A stretch of DNA of 64,000 nucleotides. It comes from Carcharhinus longimanus (lineage: Eukaryota). Of this stretch, positions 24,531 to 37,393 are shown in pieces; position 1 is the stretch's first letter, and the number at the start of each line of letters is the position of its first letter. The notes under the pieces were generated by a model, which saw only the letters and a list, made by a program, of their open reading frames with translations, ran no database searches and was not told the DNA's origin. The stretch spans positions 68,080,035-68,144,034 of the forward strand of contig JASCQW010000001.1 in the NCBI GenBank assembly GCA_030264375.1, written 5' to 3'. Made by a program: the position numbers and the translations under genes.

Positions 24531-25419
24531 GGAATTTCAAGAGGATATAAAAGTCAAAATATAAATATAGGATTTTTAAAAAATAGTCTTTCCATGCCTT
24601 CCTCTTGACTTTGTCCATCAATTTTCATGGCTGCTTTGTTGTTAAATTAATTTCTGATTACTTTAAAAGTAGCCTTTACCTAACCNNNNNNNNNNNNNNN
24701 NNNNNNNNNNNNNNNNNNNNNNNNNNNNNNNNNNNNNNNNNNNNNNNNNNNNNNNNNNNNNNNNNNNNNNNNNNNNNNNNNNNNNCTTTAAAAGTAGCCT
24801 TTACCTAACCCATTCCCACCTCCCCCTACCCTACTGTCTCCTGGCACTTTACCGTCCCAGCCTCTTGGTCCCCCGAATTGTGCTATTTAGTCTCTTCCCA
24901 GTCCCGTTTCTAACATTTTTTCTCATCTGCCCTCACTTTCTCACTCCACACCAACGACAAGCAACACAATTTTGCTATTTAACGAGGTTTTACTTGCTTG
25001 AGATGTTCTCTGACGTTTCATTATTTGCATCTTTTACACAATTGTACTTTTAAAACATTTCACCATCAGATTCGACAGATCATCAGACAGAGAAGGAAAA
25101 CAAAACAAACCAGACAGCCGTATATTCATTATTTTTAATCCTGTCGTAATGTCCTCGATATTGAGGCAAATCCAGACACGCACAAATACACCTTGGTACC
25201 AGCAGGGATGCTGCTGAACACCATGTCAGACAGTAATATTAACAGAATGACAGGGGACTGAGACTAATGGAGGGAGTTCTGCAGCATCACACAACAGATC
25301 CACATTTATGTAAAGGCCGTGCATTCAAAATGGGACAAATATTACTAAATATGGTAAATATTCCAGACAATCTTGCTGTTCGCTGTGGAGGTTGTCTCAC
25401 TTAAACTGAGGCAGGTTTT

Positions 25420-25860
25420 GATGAGACGGGCAGCATCCGTTGCCAGCACCAAGATGCTCGCTCACCAGCATCAGTTCCCCGCTCCGGTGAAGTCCCGCAA
25501 ACACCTACCTTGGCCTTTCCCGTGGCTTCGACAACCGGGACACCGAGTGGAGCGGACCCATCGGCGAATGGGAGCCCCAGCCGCCTCTCCCACTCCGCAT
25601 AATAATAACACGAAGCCGCTGCCGCTGCTCCTCCGACACCACAAACAGCCGCCAGCCAGAGGCCGCTCCCCGGCACTGGTCGGGATGCGAAGGCTGCAGC
25701 CCGTCTCAGGCTGCTGGAAGCGGCCGCCTGCCCGGATCTGCGGCTCAGTCGCTGCAGCTTGAGGAATCCCCTCAGAGCGGCCATGGCTGCCGGCGGCCGT
25801 TAGCCGGGTGGCTCGAGCGCTATCGCGAGAGCGGCGGCGCGAGCCCGGGGGTGGGGGAAG
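25420..25860 (-). promoter_or_regulatory. CpG-island promoter of MICU3 with CGCG/BANP-type motif
   Basis: Dense CpG cluster in a CpG-depleted background; TATCGCGAGA at 25821-25830 fits TMTCGCGAKA, 37 bp upstream of the ATG. Confidence 0.7.
25509..25784 (-). CDS. MICU3: Mitochondrial calcium uptake protein 3, coding exon 1 (92 codons; remaining exons not found in window)
   Basis: Kozak GCAGCC-ATG-G. MAALR start, Arg/Ser/Ala/Leu-rich acid-free presequence, hydrophobic LAAVCGVGGAAAAASCYYY, then VPVVEA..K like human MICU3 IPVAAAKE. Phase-0 donor AAG|GTAGGT at 25509/25508. CpG island, head-to-head with FGF20 as in human. Confidence 0.78.
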
Positions 25861-26099
25861 CTGCTCTGGGAAAGGGAGAGTAGCGTTTTGCTTGAAGAGG
25901 GGGTGTAGCCCGGTGCTTACTGAGAGATGCTTTGTCTCCCTGACAGGGTGATTAAGCAGTTTGATTGTTTTTACTCCACTCTTAAAGTTACAAAGCTCAG
26001 TGGACCAGGCAAACTTCCCTCCTTCCCTTGCATGCTCCAAAAATCAAATTCAAAATCCAATTGAATTCAATTCAAGGTCCCCACAAGGGAGACAAACAA

Positions 26100-28480
26100 G
26101 ATTCAAGCTGCCAATTCTTGTACTCAATGCTCCAGCTGATGAAGACAAGCATGCCTTTTTAATCACCTTGGCCATCTAACTTTCTTGTCTTCCATAACCA
26201 AGCCAGTTCTGTATCCATCTTGCCACTCCATCCCAAATCCCATGTGTTTTTTTGTACTATTCTGCCATATAGGACCTTGTCAAACTCCTTACAAAAGTCC
26301 ATATAAGCTACATCCACAGCCCTTCCCTCATCAATTATCTTTATCACCTCTTCAAAAAACTCAATCAAGTTAGTGAGACATGACCTTACCATATAAAATC
26401 ATGCTGCTCTTCACTAACTAGTCCATTTTCTTCCAAATGTGCATGTATCCTGTCCCTCAGTGTCTTCTCTAAAAGCTTCCCCATCACTGAGGTGTCTCTC
26501 TGGTCTATAATTTCCTGGATTATCCCTCCTTCCTTTCTTAAACAAGGAAACAACATTGGCTATTCGCCAGTCTTCTGGAACTTTGCCTATGGTCAAAGGG
26601 GATGTGAAGATTTCTGTTAAAGCCCCAGCTCCCTCCTGCTGTAATCTGGAATAGATCCCACCCGGCCACAGGGACTTGTCTACCTTAATGCAAATTAGGA
26701 TACTCAATACTTCTTCCCTCAATATATTGATATTTTCTAGAGGGTTCAAACACCTATCCCTGACCTCAACATCCATCATGTCCTTCTCCTTGATAAATAG
26801 TGATACAAAGTACACATTAAGGATCTCACTCACTCCCTGTGGCTCCATGGATAACTTCCCTCCAATGTCCTTGAGTGGGCCTATGCTTTCTCTTGCTACC
26901 TTCTTGCTCTTAAAAAGCCTTGGGATTCTCCTTGACTCTGTTTGCTCAAGACATTTCATGGCCCCTTTCAGCCCTCCCAATTCCGTGTTTAAGTTCCTTC
27001 CTACTTTCACTGTACTCTTCAAGGGCTTCATCAGTTTTAAGATGCCTAGTCCTATTGCTCCCTTTTTCCTTTTGACTTGGCGTACAATTTCCCTTGTCAT
27101 CCGTGGTTCCCGAATCCTGCCATTTCTATTCTTCATGTTTGCTGGGATATGCCTGTCCTGCGCTTCAATCAACTGGCCTTTAAAAGCCTCCCACATGTCA
27201 GACATGGATTCGCCCTCAAATAGCCGCTCCCAATCCAGATTCCCAAGTTCTTGTCTAATTTGGACTTAATGGCCCTCGCCCAATTAAGCACCCTCACCCG
27301 AGGGTCATTCTTGTCCTTATCCATGATTATCTGAAATCTATTGGAATTATGGTCGCTGAGTCAAAAATGCTCCCCTACTGAATCATTGATCACCTGACCT
27401 GGCTCATTCCCCAATACCAAGTCTAGTATTAAAAAGCCTTCTTGGACACATCTAACAAATTGCTCGCCATTCGAGTCTCTGGCTGTAACAAAGTCCCAGT
27501 CAATATAGGGGAAGTTAAAGTCACCCACCATAATAACCCTGCTTTTTTTTATATCTTTTCAGTATCTGACCACACAACTGCTCCTCTGTCTCCTGCAGGC
27601 TGTTGGGAGGTCTAAAATGCACTCCCAACATTGAGATTTCATGCTTCTTATTCCTGAGCTCCACCCATAATGCCTCAATTCAAGATCTCTCTAATGTGTC
27701 CTCCTTCAAAACAACTGCGATGTGCTCCCTAATCAGCAATGCAACTCCCCACCCCTTTTGGCCCTCTAAAACAACAATATCCCAGGATGTTAAGCTGCTG
27801 CTCCTATCCCTCCTTTAACCGTGTCTCTGTAATTGCAATAACATCATAATTCCATGCAGGTTCTCAATTGATCTGTTTTACGTGTTCTACTTCTTGCATT
27901 GAAGAAAACATACTCCAGACCTCCAGTCCCACCGAGCCCCGTCTGCTCTTACACTGCGCTATCTTTATCTCAGTCTCACCTTTTTCCCCAGTCTCTACAC
28001 ATACTGGCCTGTTGTTCCAGTTCTCCACCCATGCACCCTCCCTTCCCCCTCTGGATTCTGACACCATGGAGGCAACACACCATCCTCGAGTCTCATTCAC
28101 GGCCACAGAAAAGTTGTGTAAAGTTGTTGTACCACAACTTGTGGTACCAGTTGTGGTGCCACAAGTCTGGCTGCTGCTGGTATTTTCCCCTGAGAGGCTA
28201 CCCCCCCCCTCAAATAATATGTTTGAGGGGGAAATAGCCACAGGAGACCTTACCTGCCCACCTCTGCTGACTGTCACCCACCTACCTGTTTGGACCTGTG
28301 GTGTGACCATCTCCCTGAAGCTAGTGTCTACCACACACCCCTTGTATGTTCCACAGTGTGTCCAGCTGTTGCTCCAACTGAACAATGTGGCCTGCAAGAA
28401 GCTGCAGCTGGTCACACTTCCCACAGACATAGTCATCAGGGTCACTAGAAAGCTCCTGATCTCCTGCAACTGACAGCACT
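26100..28480 (-). mobile_element. Internally deleted CR1 LINE with ORF1 and ORF2 remnants
   Basis: ORF1-like SFREMVTPQVQ..RWVTVSRG..SPVAI; ORF2 KVPEDWRIANVVSLFKKGRRDNPGNYRP and SCLTNLIEFFEEV. Confidence 0.9.
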
Positions 28481-28825
28481 ACCTGCCAGTTCTGCCTTTG
28501 TATATTTAGGAAAGGTACAATAAGAATCTTATCTTGCTTTTACTTTGCTTGTCCTCTTTTTGGTGAGAGGAGGAGGGAGAGAGGAAGGGAAACAGTAATG
28601 TAATGTCTTGGGCTTAACCACTCTTTGATACCAGTTTTTCCACTACCCACAGTACAGTCAATGTGACTACGCTGACTTCTCCCAGAATGCTGCTCAGTGA
28701 ATAAAATCTCTCTGCTGCATCCATTGGATGCTCTTCCTCTTGTTTGTCACTGGAGGGCTTCCCTCACTACTTTGTTTATTTTGTTTAATATCAATCAAAA
28801 TACTGTCAAACTCCTTTCAAAATCA

Positions 28826-29246
28826 ACCTTGGCTCAGTGGTAACAATTTCACCTGAGTCAAAAGATTCTGGGTTCAAGTCCCGCTCAAAAAACTTAAACA
28901 CATAGTCCAGGCTGACACTCCAGTGCAGTACTGAGAGAGTTCTGTGCTATTGGAACATGCCATCTTTTAGATGAGACATTAAACTGAGTCTTTATCTAGC
29001 CATAAAGAGATCCCTTGACATAATCCTGAAGAACATCAGTGTCTCAGCAAATGTTTATCCCCCAATCAACAACACTAAAACAGATTATCTGGTCATTGTC
29101 TAATTGCAATGCAAAGGAACCTGCAATGTGCAAAATTGATTGCCACATTTCCCATCTTATAAAAGTGATTTCAAAAGTATTTCTTAATTCACTGTGTGAT
29201 GTCCTGAGGTTGTGAAAGATGCTGCACAAATACAATTTCTATCTTT
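28826..29246 (+). mobile_element. Near full-length Deu-domain SINE (SacSINE1-like)
   Basis: A box TGGCTCAGTGG, B box GGTTCAAGTCC, Deu core AACAGATTATCTGGTCATT, L2-like tail GATGTCCTGAGGTTGTGAAAGATGCT..TTTCTATCTTT. Confidence 0.78.
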
Positions 29247-29419
29247 AAATCCTTTTAGTGATGAATTGCATCCTTTTCCCTTTTGCATTTTAGAACCCAC
29301 CTTTACTACAGAAAAAACCTCTCATTCATTTAGTTACATTACAGGAAAGCTGCTAGTAAATAAAGTCAGGCTGCAGGGAAGAACAGTTGCTAACTTGCTG
29401 CCAGACCCCTGGCTCTTCT

Positions 29420-29800
29420 CCCTTATTCTGTGAGAATCCAGTCTCGCATCATTGCTCCCAGGCCCACCACCTGCCTGATCCTAAATTCAGCTCTTCAATT
29501 CAACCGGTCTACAGGTCAATTCCCAACTGCTGTTGGATCCAGCTCTTCATAAGAGGTCTCAGCCGCTAACAGCACCAGCAGGTAATGTCACAGCCCAACT
29601 TGCCTTCTCTGAGTGCTCTCATGTACCACCTTTTCAACTACTTCTCAAATTCCCATTTCCACTGGCTACTACCAGCCCTTTGACACCTATTGCTCATTTG
29701 GCTTCCAAACTGCAGGTTACTCACATCCTCCTGAACAGAACTGATATACCCATTATGCCTCTTGTTAACATAAAGCTTTACTCCCCTCCTTTTCACATAG
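29420..29800 (+). mobile_element. Old L2-like fragment
   Basis: Degenerate pyrimidine-rich L2 C-terminal pattern. Confidence 0.45.
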
Positions 29801-30111
29801 TTTAAAATGCTCAGTCCTCAGACAGTTTCTCTGTCATTTGTGTGTTGTACCATCTTCTACATTGCTTAACCACAGATGACAAAGAAGGTAAAGAGAAGGA
29901 CAGCTCCAGATGGAATTTGAGAAAGAATGAGAATAGAATCAAACATAATCAGAGATATGTATAGCAAACAAAGAGTCAGAGAAAGAGAGAGAGGAAGACA
30001 AAAAGATGGCTGGAATAGAAAGTCAAAGAGAGGGACATGAAAGCAGTTAGATGAGGAAAGGAACAGTAAAGAAAGGCTTACATGGTTCCATAACGAACAA
30101 TTATTCACACA

Positions 30112-30212
30112 GCTTTGACGAAGGGTCACCTGGACTCAAAATGTCAACTCTTTTCTCTCCTTATAGATGCTGCCTGACCTGCTGAGATTTTCCAGCATTT
30201 TCTCTTTTGGTT
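30112..30212 (+). mobile_element. Family-B Penelope-type short insertion with hammerhead remnant and 13-bp TSD
   Basis: GCT-TTGACGA-A-GGGTC(ACCTG)GACTC-AAAA-TG-TC; exact AATTATTCACACA at 30099-30111 and 30213-30225. Confidence 0.8.
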
Positions 30213-31439
30213 AATTATTCACACACATTAGATTACTTTTGAAGACCAGTAATAATTGTTATTTAAGAAAATACCATACTGATCCAGCAGCAGCCTACAC
30301 AGTGAAGTCAGATACTTTTATTTTGCTGTCATTAGTTGAAAGAGGACTGTTAATTTGCAGATGTGGAGGACTCCAGCTTATCTTGTAACTTGTGCTAAAG
30401 GATGTTTAACCTACTCCCGAAACATCAGAATATGTAGAAGAGTCTCCATTCTGACATTTTCTCTTAAAGGTGACATCCCCAAAAATGTAACAATGATTAA
30501 TGTTGAAATGTAAGTCTAGATTATCCACACAAGGAAAAGGGACAATTTGTCAAATGTAGGAGCAAGACTGCAGGAGATGAACTAAATTATATAATGATAT
30601 ATTTATTACACATTGCAAATACAATATTTCAGTTGTTAGAAGATTGTGTTTTCTTCACATTATAACATGAAATGTAATGGATGATCTGCTACTATTGATA
30701 AAATAAAACTGAAGTGTATTTAATGCAGTGATACAATGTTGATATTTTCTGGCAGGACCAGGAGATCCCAACTCCAGTGAATGGTGTGTCACCTCCCGCT
30801 GTGAGAAACACGCTGGTGTGGTGGTAGTGAAGCCCTTTAAAGTGTGAAATTAAAGGCCTCAATTTGTGGTAGGGTGGGAGGGCTGTCAATGGGTCTTCCG
30901 GTCATGGACTTAGTCAGGGTGGAAGTGGGAAGATGACAGGATTATCATCCATCACCTTCAACCTGATTAACTGCCCCCACCACAAAGGGGAGGGTAACAA
31001 GATTGCGCCCTCCCTTTTCCTACTGCTCCTATCTTATACGAACCATCAGCTTTAGAGGCAGGATGCACAGTTCCCTATTCTGACTATTGAGTTACATTTG
31101 GCTGATGATATCTGAGCCACTGAGGACCATGTCAAAGTCTACTCCACATGTGAAAGAGCAGAAAGGCCCATTGGGACATGAGATAACGTGTTGGGTACTA
31201 ACCAGGGAATGTGAGCAACAGGTAAGAAGTGAAAACACTTTGAATGGAATTTCCTTTTCCATGTCCCCTTTCAATATCCATCTCTTTGACTAGATGCACT
31301 TCACTGCTACCACTTTGCTAACAGCAGCTTGGAATACACCACTGTAGCACTGTGAAAACAAATCTATCCTAAGACTGTTACCCCATTTAACATGGCAGTC
31401 ATGTTGGCATCCAGAGTCTGCATGCTGTGGACACAAGTG

Positions 31440-31635
31440 AACATTCAGGGAAGGAAATCTGCTGTCCTTACCTGATCTGGATGACATGTGACTCCAAAGC
31501 CACAGCAATGTGGTTGACTCTTAAATACCCTCTGAAATGGTCTAGCAAGCCACTCGGTTCAAAGGTAATTAGGGATGGGCAATAAATGCTGGCCCAGCCA
31601 GTGATGCCCACCTCACAAATGAATAAAAATGAAAA
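31440..31635 (+). mobile_element. SINE/LINE 3' tail
   Basis: CAGCAATGTGGTTGACTCTT..GGGATGGGCAATAAATGCTGGCCCAGCC tail shared with the SINE at 42249, with 47800 and (reversed) with 62350. Confidence 0.7.
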
Positions 31636-31884
31636 AATTCTCCAGAACCTATCTGGACATTTACATTGCGCTGGAAACCATCTGACAAAGCAATTCAAAT
31701 CACTAACTTCAGGTGGTTCTGCCAGTGTGACTTTAATAGTTACTCTGAAAGAGTTAAAAGAAATTAAAGCACTTCTAACTTCAGCAAAACTATTTTGAAG
31801 ACCCAGACTGAGCTCAACTGAGATATCCCCACACTCCCACAATTGCCACATAAAACTCTTACCCGGGGACTTTAGAATGGGATT

Positions 31885-34070
31885 TTCCCATTGCATCTTT
31901 GGGGCAAACCAACGCTAAGGAGCCAGGAAATTATAGGTCACTGTGTCATTCTCAACTGGAGTGTTGTGTCCACATCTGGGCACCACACTTTAGGAAGGAC
32001 ATTTGGCACTTCAGATTTGCAGAAAATTTTAATGAGATTGGTTCCAGAAGTAAAGAACTTTACATGGATAGTTTGGAGAAGTTGGGGCTGTTCTCTTTGT
32101 AAAAGAGAGTATTACAAGGAGATTTAATAGAGGTGTTCAAAATCATGAGAGATCTGGACAGAGTAGACGGGAAGGAAATTTTCCAATAAGTGGAATGATA
32201 GTGAACCAAAGGTATTAATATGAGGTGCATGATTAAAAAAAATGGCAACATGAGGAAAAACATTTTATACAGCACATGGTTAGGATCTGGCAATTTAATG
32301 CTTGAGAATGAGGTGGGAGCAGATTCAATCAAGGCCTTCAAAAGAGAATTGGCTAGTAATCTAAAATAAAATTACAACACTACAGGGAAAGGTTGGCAGA
32401 TAGATGAATTGAGTAGCTCTTGCAGAGAGTTGACACAAACATGACAGGCTGAAAACCTTCCTTCTGTGCTGCAACCATTTTATAATTTCAAATTAAAATT
32501 AAATGAATGTTAACATTTATTTAGAAAATAATTAATTGCAGGCTATTGACCTTAAAAGTTTTTTACTTCATTACATTAAAATTTGATATAAGGATGTGGA
32601 GGAAGAAAGATGTAACTAAGTACATAAAATGAGTAAAAGACAGAGAATAATAACTATCAGGGTTTTCGGGAAACTAAGCTCTAAGGTAAAGATTGAGAAA
32701 GATATAAATGAGGGAAAGACCAAAGTATAAATTGATTAAGAATGATTTTAAGGAAATAAGAATGGAACTACTGTCGGAATAATCAAAAGGGAAAAGAAAC
32801 GGACAAATAGATCAGCATAGGAAGCATTCAAAATGGTAATCAGTAGAGCCCAAGAGAAATTTATCCCATCAAGAGGCAAGAAAAATGAATTAGTAATAAC
32901 ATTGTATGGATGAATAAAAAAAAGAACAAAGTGAAACTAAATAGAAAGAGATATACTATGTACATAGACACCAAAGGCAAGGATGACAGATGGAATATGA
33001 AAAGGTTAGGAAACAAATTAAAAAATAGGAAGGCTATAAGAAACTACAATGTTGTTATCGAGGAAACATAAAAAAGCAATAGTAAATTATTCCATTGACA
33101 CAAATAACAACAGAAAAATCAGAATAGAATAGGGTCATGAGATACATGATAAACTCAAGGGTAATGTCAGCAAAATGTCAGAAATATTAAATAACTACTT
33201 TATCTTGGTATTTACCAGAGAGACTAACATGCTAGACATGACACAAGAAGAAGAGATCAAAAAAGATTAAAGATATTTAAGATAGAAGAGAGTGAGATAA
33301 CTGATAAGCAAATCAAACTTAGAGATGATAAATTTTCTTGTTCAGGTGAAAGGCTCTCTGTACATTAAAATCTATTAGAGAAGAGATAGTAGTGATATTA
33401 TTAAATATAAATGTATACTTTCAATTGCAAATGGAATGCCATTGAGCTGGTGACAGCTAATGTGATAACTATATTTTAAAAGGGGAATAGAACAAGTCTA
33501 GGGAACTGTAGACTAATTAGCTTAATGTTGTGGTAAAAAAAAGATGCAAAATAACAACAACTCAAAACTAGTCATATATTAAGCTATAGTCAGCACAGAT
33601 TTCACAGCAAAAGTCACCCTTCACCAATCCTACTGAACACTTTTGAGAAGTAGCATAAAGGATAATGTATTAGGCGTTTGGATTTGCAAAAGACTTTTGA
33701 TAAGGCACTGCATAGTGGACTCATGACTAATGCCAGAACATGTGGATTTAGGAGATGAATAGCAGAATTGATAGCAAACTGGCTACAAAACAGTAAACAG
33801 AGAGTCTTCTTAAAGCTTTTTATTCAGACTAGCAAAAGGTGGAAAGTGGTTTTCCACAGGCATCAGCATTGTAACCATTTTTGTTCACTATTGACATAAT
33901 GGTTTAGTCTCAAGAAGCAGAAAGACAATTTCAAAGTTTGCGTACAACGTCAAATTGGGTGGTACAATTAATACAGATGAGGACTGCAAAACTACAGGGA
34001 GACAAATAATAAACTTACAGAATGGATGTGTAATTGGCAAATTATAGGTAATTGTGACGTGGCACGTGTA
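31885..34070 (+). mobile_element. Two old CR1 fragments (3' end 31885-32485; AT-rich ORF2 32620-34070)
   Basis: LECCVHIWAPHFRKDI, GDLIEVFKIM, GNCRLISL, DLQKTFDK motifs in degenerate form. Confidence 0.75.
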
Positions 34071-34612
34071 GGCACAAATAATCTTCCTTTTTGGCAGATA
34101 TGGCTCCAGCTAGTGGAGAGTTTTGCCCTTGACTCCCATTTTACTACGGCATTTTGATGCTACACTGGGTCACTTCTCTTGTTTATTTTACTTGGGAGTT
34201 GGAGCAGCCTAGCAAGGCAACATATATTGTCTATTCCAAATAATCCTGAGAAATTGATGTGGNNNNNNNNNNNNNNNNNNNNNNNNNNNNNNNNNNNNNN
34301 NNNNNNNNNNNNNNNNNNNNNNNNNNNNNNNNNNNNNNNNNNNNNNNNNNNNNNNNNNNNNNTGCGCGTGAGTGATGTTGAATTCTTAAATAACTAAGTG
34401 ATTATTTTTAACTGGCTTACTAGGCCACGTTAGAGTGTATAGAGTTAACCACATGGTGTGGATTAGATCCACGTATTGAGGATTAAAGATGGTTCAATGT
34501 CTACACTGAAAAAGTAGCTCTAAAAGGCCAAACTTCACTTAAAATCAGAAGAATGTTTCCTTACTTTGATGTTAAATATGCCATTCATTTTCACATTTCT
34601 CCTCCCTCCTAA

Positions 34613-35249
34613 TGGGCAGAAGTTTCCAGTGCCGGCGAGGTGGGTAAAATGATATGAAAACAATAATGAGGCAGGAGCAAAAAAATTGACTTCCCACCAA
34701 TGTAAACTGATGGCAAATTCTTGCACCCCCATTGATCATAGTGGGTTGTGAACCCACCAGAAGCTGGAATGAAACAAATTTGCATCCTGTTAATGAGATG
34801 CAGATGAGGGTATGTCAGGAAATGCCCCTTTCACCTCAATTCCACTCTACAAATGGGATGCACACTGGTCCAGAACACGCCTGACATGGAGATATCAGTA
34901 CTTACGTGAAGAAGGCCTGAGGTGGAGATTGAGATGGAAGCCTTCCAGACGCCATGGACCCTGAAACATGCAGCAATGTGTGGATGGATCTTCAAGCTTC
35001 AGAGTCTTCCAGGAGGTCCATCTTCTATCCTCAATGAGGGTTCAATTAATATTAGGGTGCCCAGATATGCTGTTGGGGCACAATCCATCCAATCTGCCTG
35101 CTATGCAATATGTTGGAAACTACCAACTGCATAACTAATAAGGCCAGCATTGTGCAATCCAGTGCAAATTCCCAGTGGCCTCCATGGCTGGAAATATTCC
35201 CTGCCACTGCCTCCACCACAGGATTTAGCCTCAGATTGGAAAATTCCAC
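34613..35249. mobile_element. Possible non-autonomous Harbinger-type element
   Basis: Imperfect terminal inverted repeats GGGCAGAAGTTTCC / GGAAAATTCCACC. Confidence 0.4.
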
Positions 35250-35499
35250 CACAGGCCTTTCTTTTTGAATAGTTTTGAAAAATAGTGATTAAGTAGGGGA
35301 AGGAAGAAATCATACAATTCCTGCTGAAGTTTCTGCACATTTCCAGTTGACTTACATGCTTGATCAGATGGAGCTCAGTGACTAATTTCTAATAATCATT
35401 TCTCAACATCCGTGCATACACCCTCACATAACTTTTACAGGAACTGTTGTATTATCTTAAGATGCTGGTGCTTGATGTAGAGGAAGGACTATTACTTAC

Positions 35500-36065
35500 G
35501 TGGAGAAAAACTGCAGCAGGCGACGGTGCAGAGGGACCTCGGGGTCCTTGTGCATGANNNNNNNNNNNNNNNNNNNNNNNNNNNNNNNNNNNNNNNNNNN
35601 NNNNNNNNNNNNNNNNNNNNNNNNNNNNNNNNNNNNNNNNNNNNNNNNNNNNNNNNNATAAGAGAGGGGATTAAGGGTTATGGGGAGAGGGCGGGAATGT
35701 GGAACTGAGCCAAGACAGATCAGCCATGATCTTACTGAATGGCGGGGCAGGCTCGAAGGGCTAGTTGGCCTACTCCTGCTCCTATTTCCTATAATCTTTT
35801 GCCACAATTTGGAGTCCTTCCTTTAAATTTAAGTTTTTTACTTAGAGGATAATGGGTGCTTGGAACTCAATGGGAGATAGTGGAAGCATATATGATAGTG
35901 ACTTTTAAGGGGTGCCTGGACAAATGCATGAATAGGATGGTAATGGAGGGATATAGTCTCTGGAAGAGTTTTAGTTTAGATGGCAGCATAGTCGGTGCAA
36001 GCTTGGAGAACCGAAGGGCCTGTTCCTACTCTGTAATTTTCTTTGTTTTTTGTTCTTTGTTCTAC
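35500..36065 (+). mobile_element. Two CR1 3' fragments
   Basis: VQRDLGVLVH motif plus two CR1 tails matching those at 3816 and 24330. Confidence 0.85.
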
Positions 36066-37325
36066 TTGTAATGTCAAAGACGGAACATGCCAGGTGCCTC
36101 CAACTTCATTTTCCTGTAGTCACTTTTATGTCACCTTAATCTGACATCAACAAAATGTAATCAATGGAAACTAAACATAACCTTCCATGTATCATACATA
36201 ATAATCGATAGGAAACAAACATTGACGTATACTTTATAGAGGAGTTGCGTTCTTAATTTCATGCAAAATAATCTGGTTTCTTGTAAAATTCAGTAAAGTG
36301 ATGATTATGCCAATGCCCAGGCTGTGGTATCTAAAAAAGAAAGACCTTTATCAATCCTCATTCAGTGTCTTCAAAAGGCTATTCCTCTAATGTAACAATA
36401 CACCATGGGTGATAGTCAAGATCCAGGGATTGTGTTACGAAAGGTTACTGGTATTTAGACAACGAAGAACACAACATTTAAACATGGGATTTACTGATGA
36501 CTGCATCTTGCATTGAGATCAGCGACGGAAGAGTTCCTGCGAACGTGTATTCAGACAGTGTGTGCTCCATCAGCTGACTCATTAGACTTGAATACAGCCC
36601 GGCAATTTAGAAAGGCGCTTAACCAATATCTTGAACGGAGGGGTTTCCCTGCTGCCTCCGCCCCCCCCCCCCTCTCCAGCCCCCGCCTCAATTTTGTTCG
36701 GCATTGATGCATTTAATTTGACACACAAGCAGACTCGGGATTGCGTACCTCCCCACCCCCCACCAAATAAACAAGATTTGAACATTATTTCACATAAATA
36801 GAAATACGAAATGTTATTTTCTCTATAATTAAATCTGGATAATCGCTGCAGGAATCTGCATTTAATTATTAAGCCTGCGACTGTGAATGTCAGCATGTAT
36901 CGTGTGTCGTAATTGGTACGTCGAAACACAAATACATTGGCATAAGACTCCAGAAATAGAATAACACTTGAAAATAATTGAAGATGATTTGAAGGAGTCT
37001 AAGCAATCAACTGCCCTGTCATCATTCCCATGGTAAACATCATCTGCAGTGTAATCAAGCAATGCAGAACATTTTTTTACATTTAGTAGGGAGAATGTTC
37101 AAGGTGCCACCCAATCTAGAGAGTAAACATTGATTAACTTTGTCGCGTTACATTAATTTGTGGATTACATTGTACCTGCACCAAACAGCCTCTTTGCCCC
37201 TCTAAGTGATACATCACATTTAAGAGCACAATCATTTCCGATGTGTAAGAACCACACCACCAACGCTTGGGTCTTCATCTTCAAGTGGTCATAAAACTTG
37301 CTTTGAGAAGGTACTGTTTGAATAC

Positions 37326-37393
37326 GGGATTTTTCCCAAACTTTGATCTGCTCAGCTTTGATTTCACACTACAATCAGACAGAGATTTCAAAG
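37326..37393. promoter_or_regulatory. Candidate FGF20 upstream enhancer: kappaB-like site plus three TCF/LEF motifs
   Basis: GGGATTTTTCCC (37326-37337), CTTTGAT (37341-37347), CTTTGAT (37356-37362), TTCAAAG (37387-37393) in TE-free DNA about 1.7 kb upstream of the ATG. Confidence 0.4.

Noticed and set aside
25373-26040. Overlapping ORFs on both strands around MICU3 exon 1
   Set aside because: Stop-poor GC-rich CpG island; only the 25784 ATG frame has targeting-peptide features and a matching splice donor.
26130-26160. CTGATGAAG resembling a hammerhead core
   Set aside because: It is the reverse complement of CR1 coding sequence (GMLVFIS); no stem II or GAAA follows.
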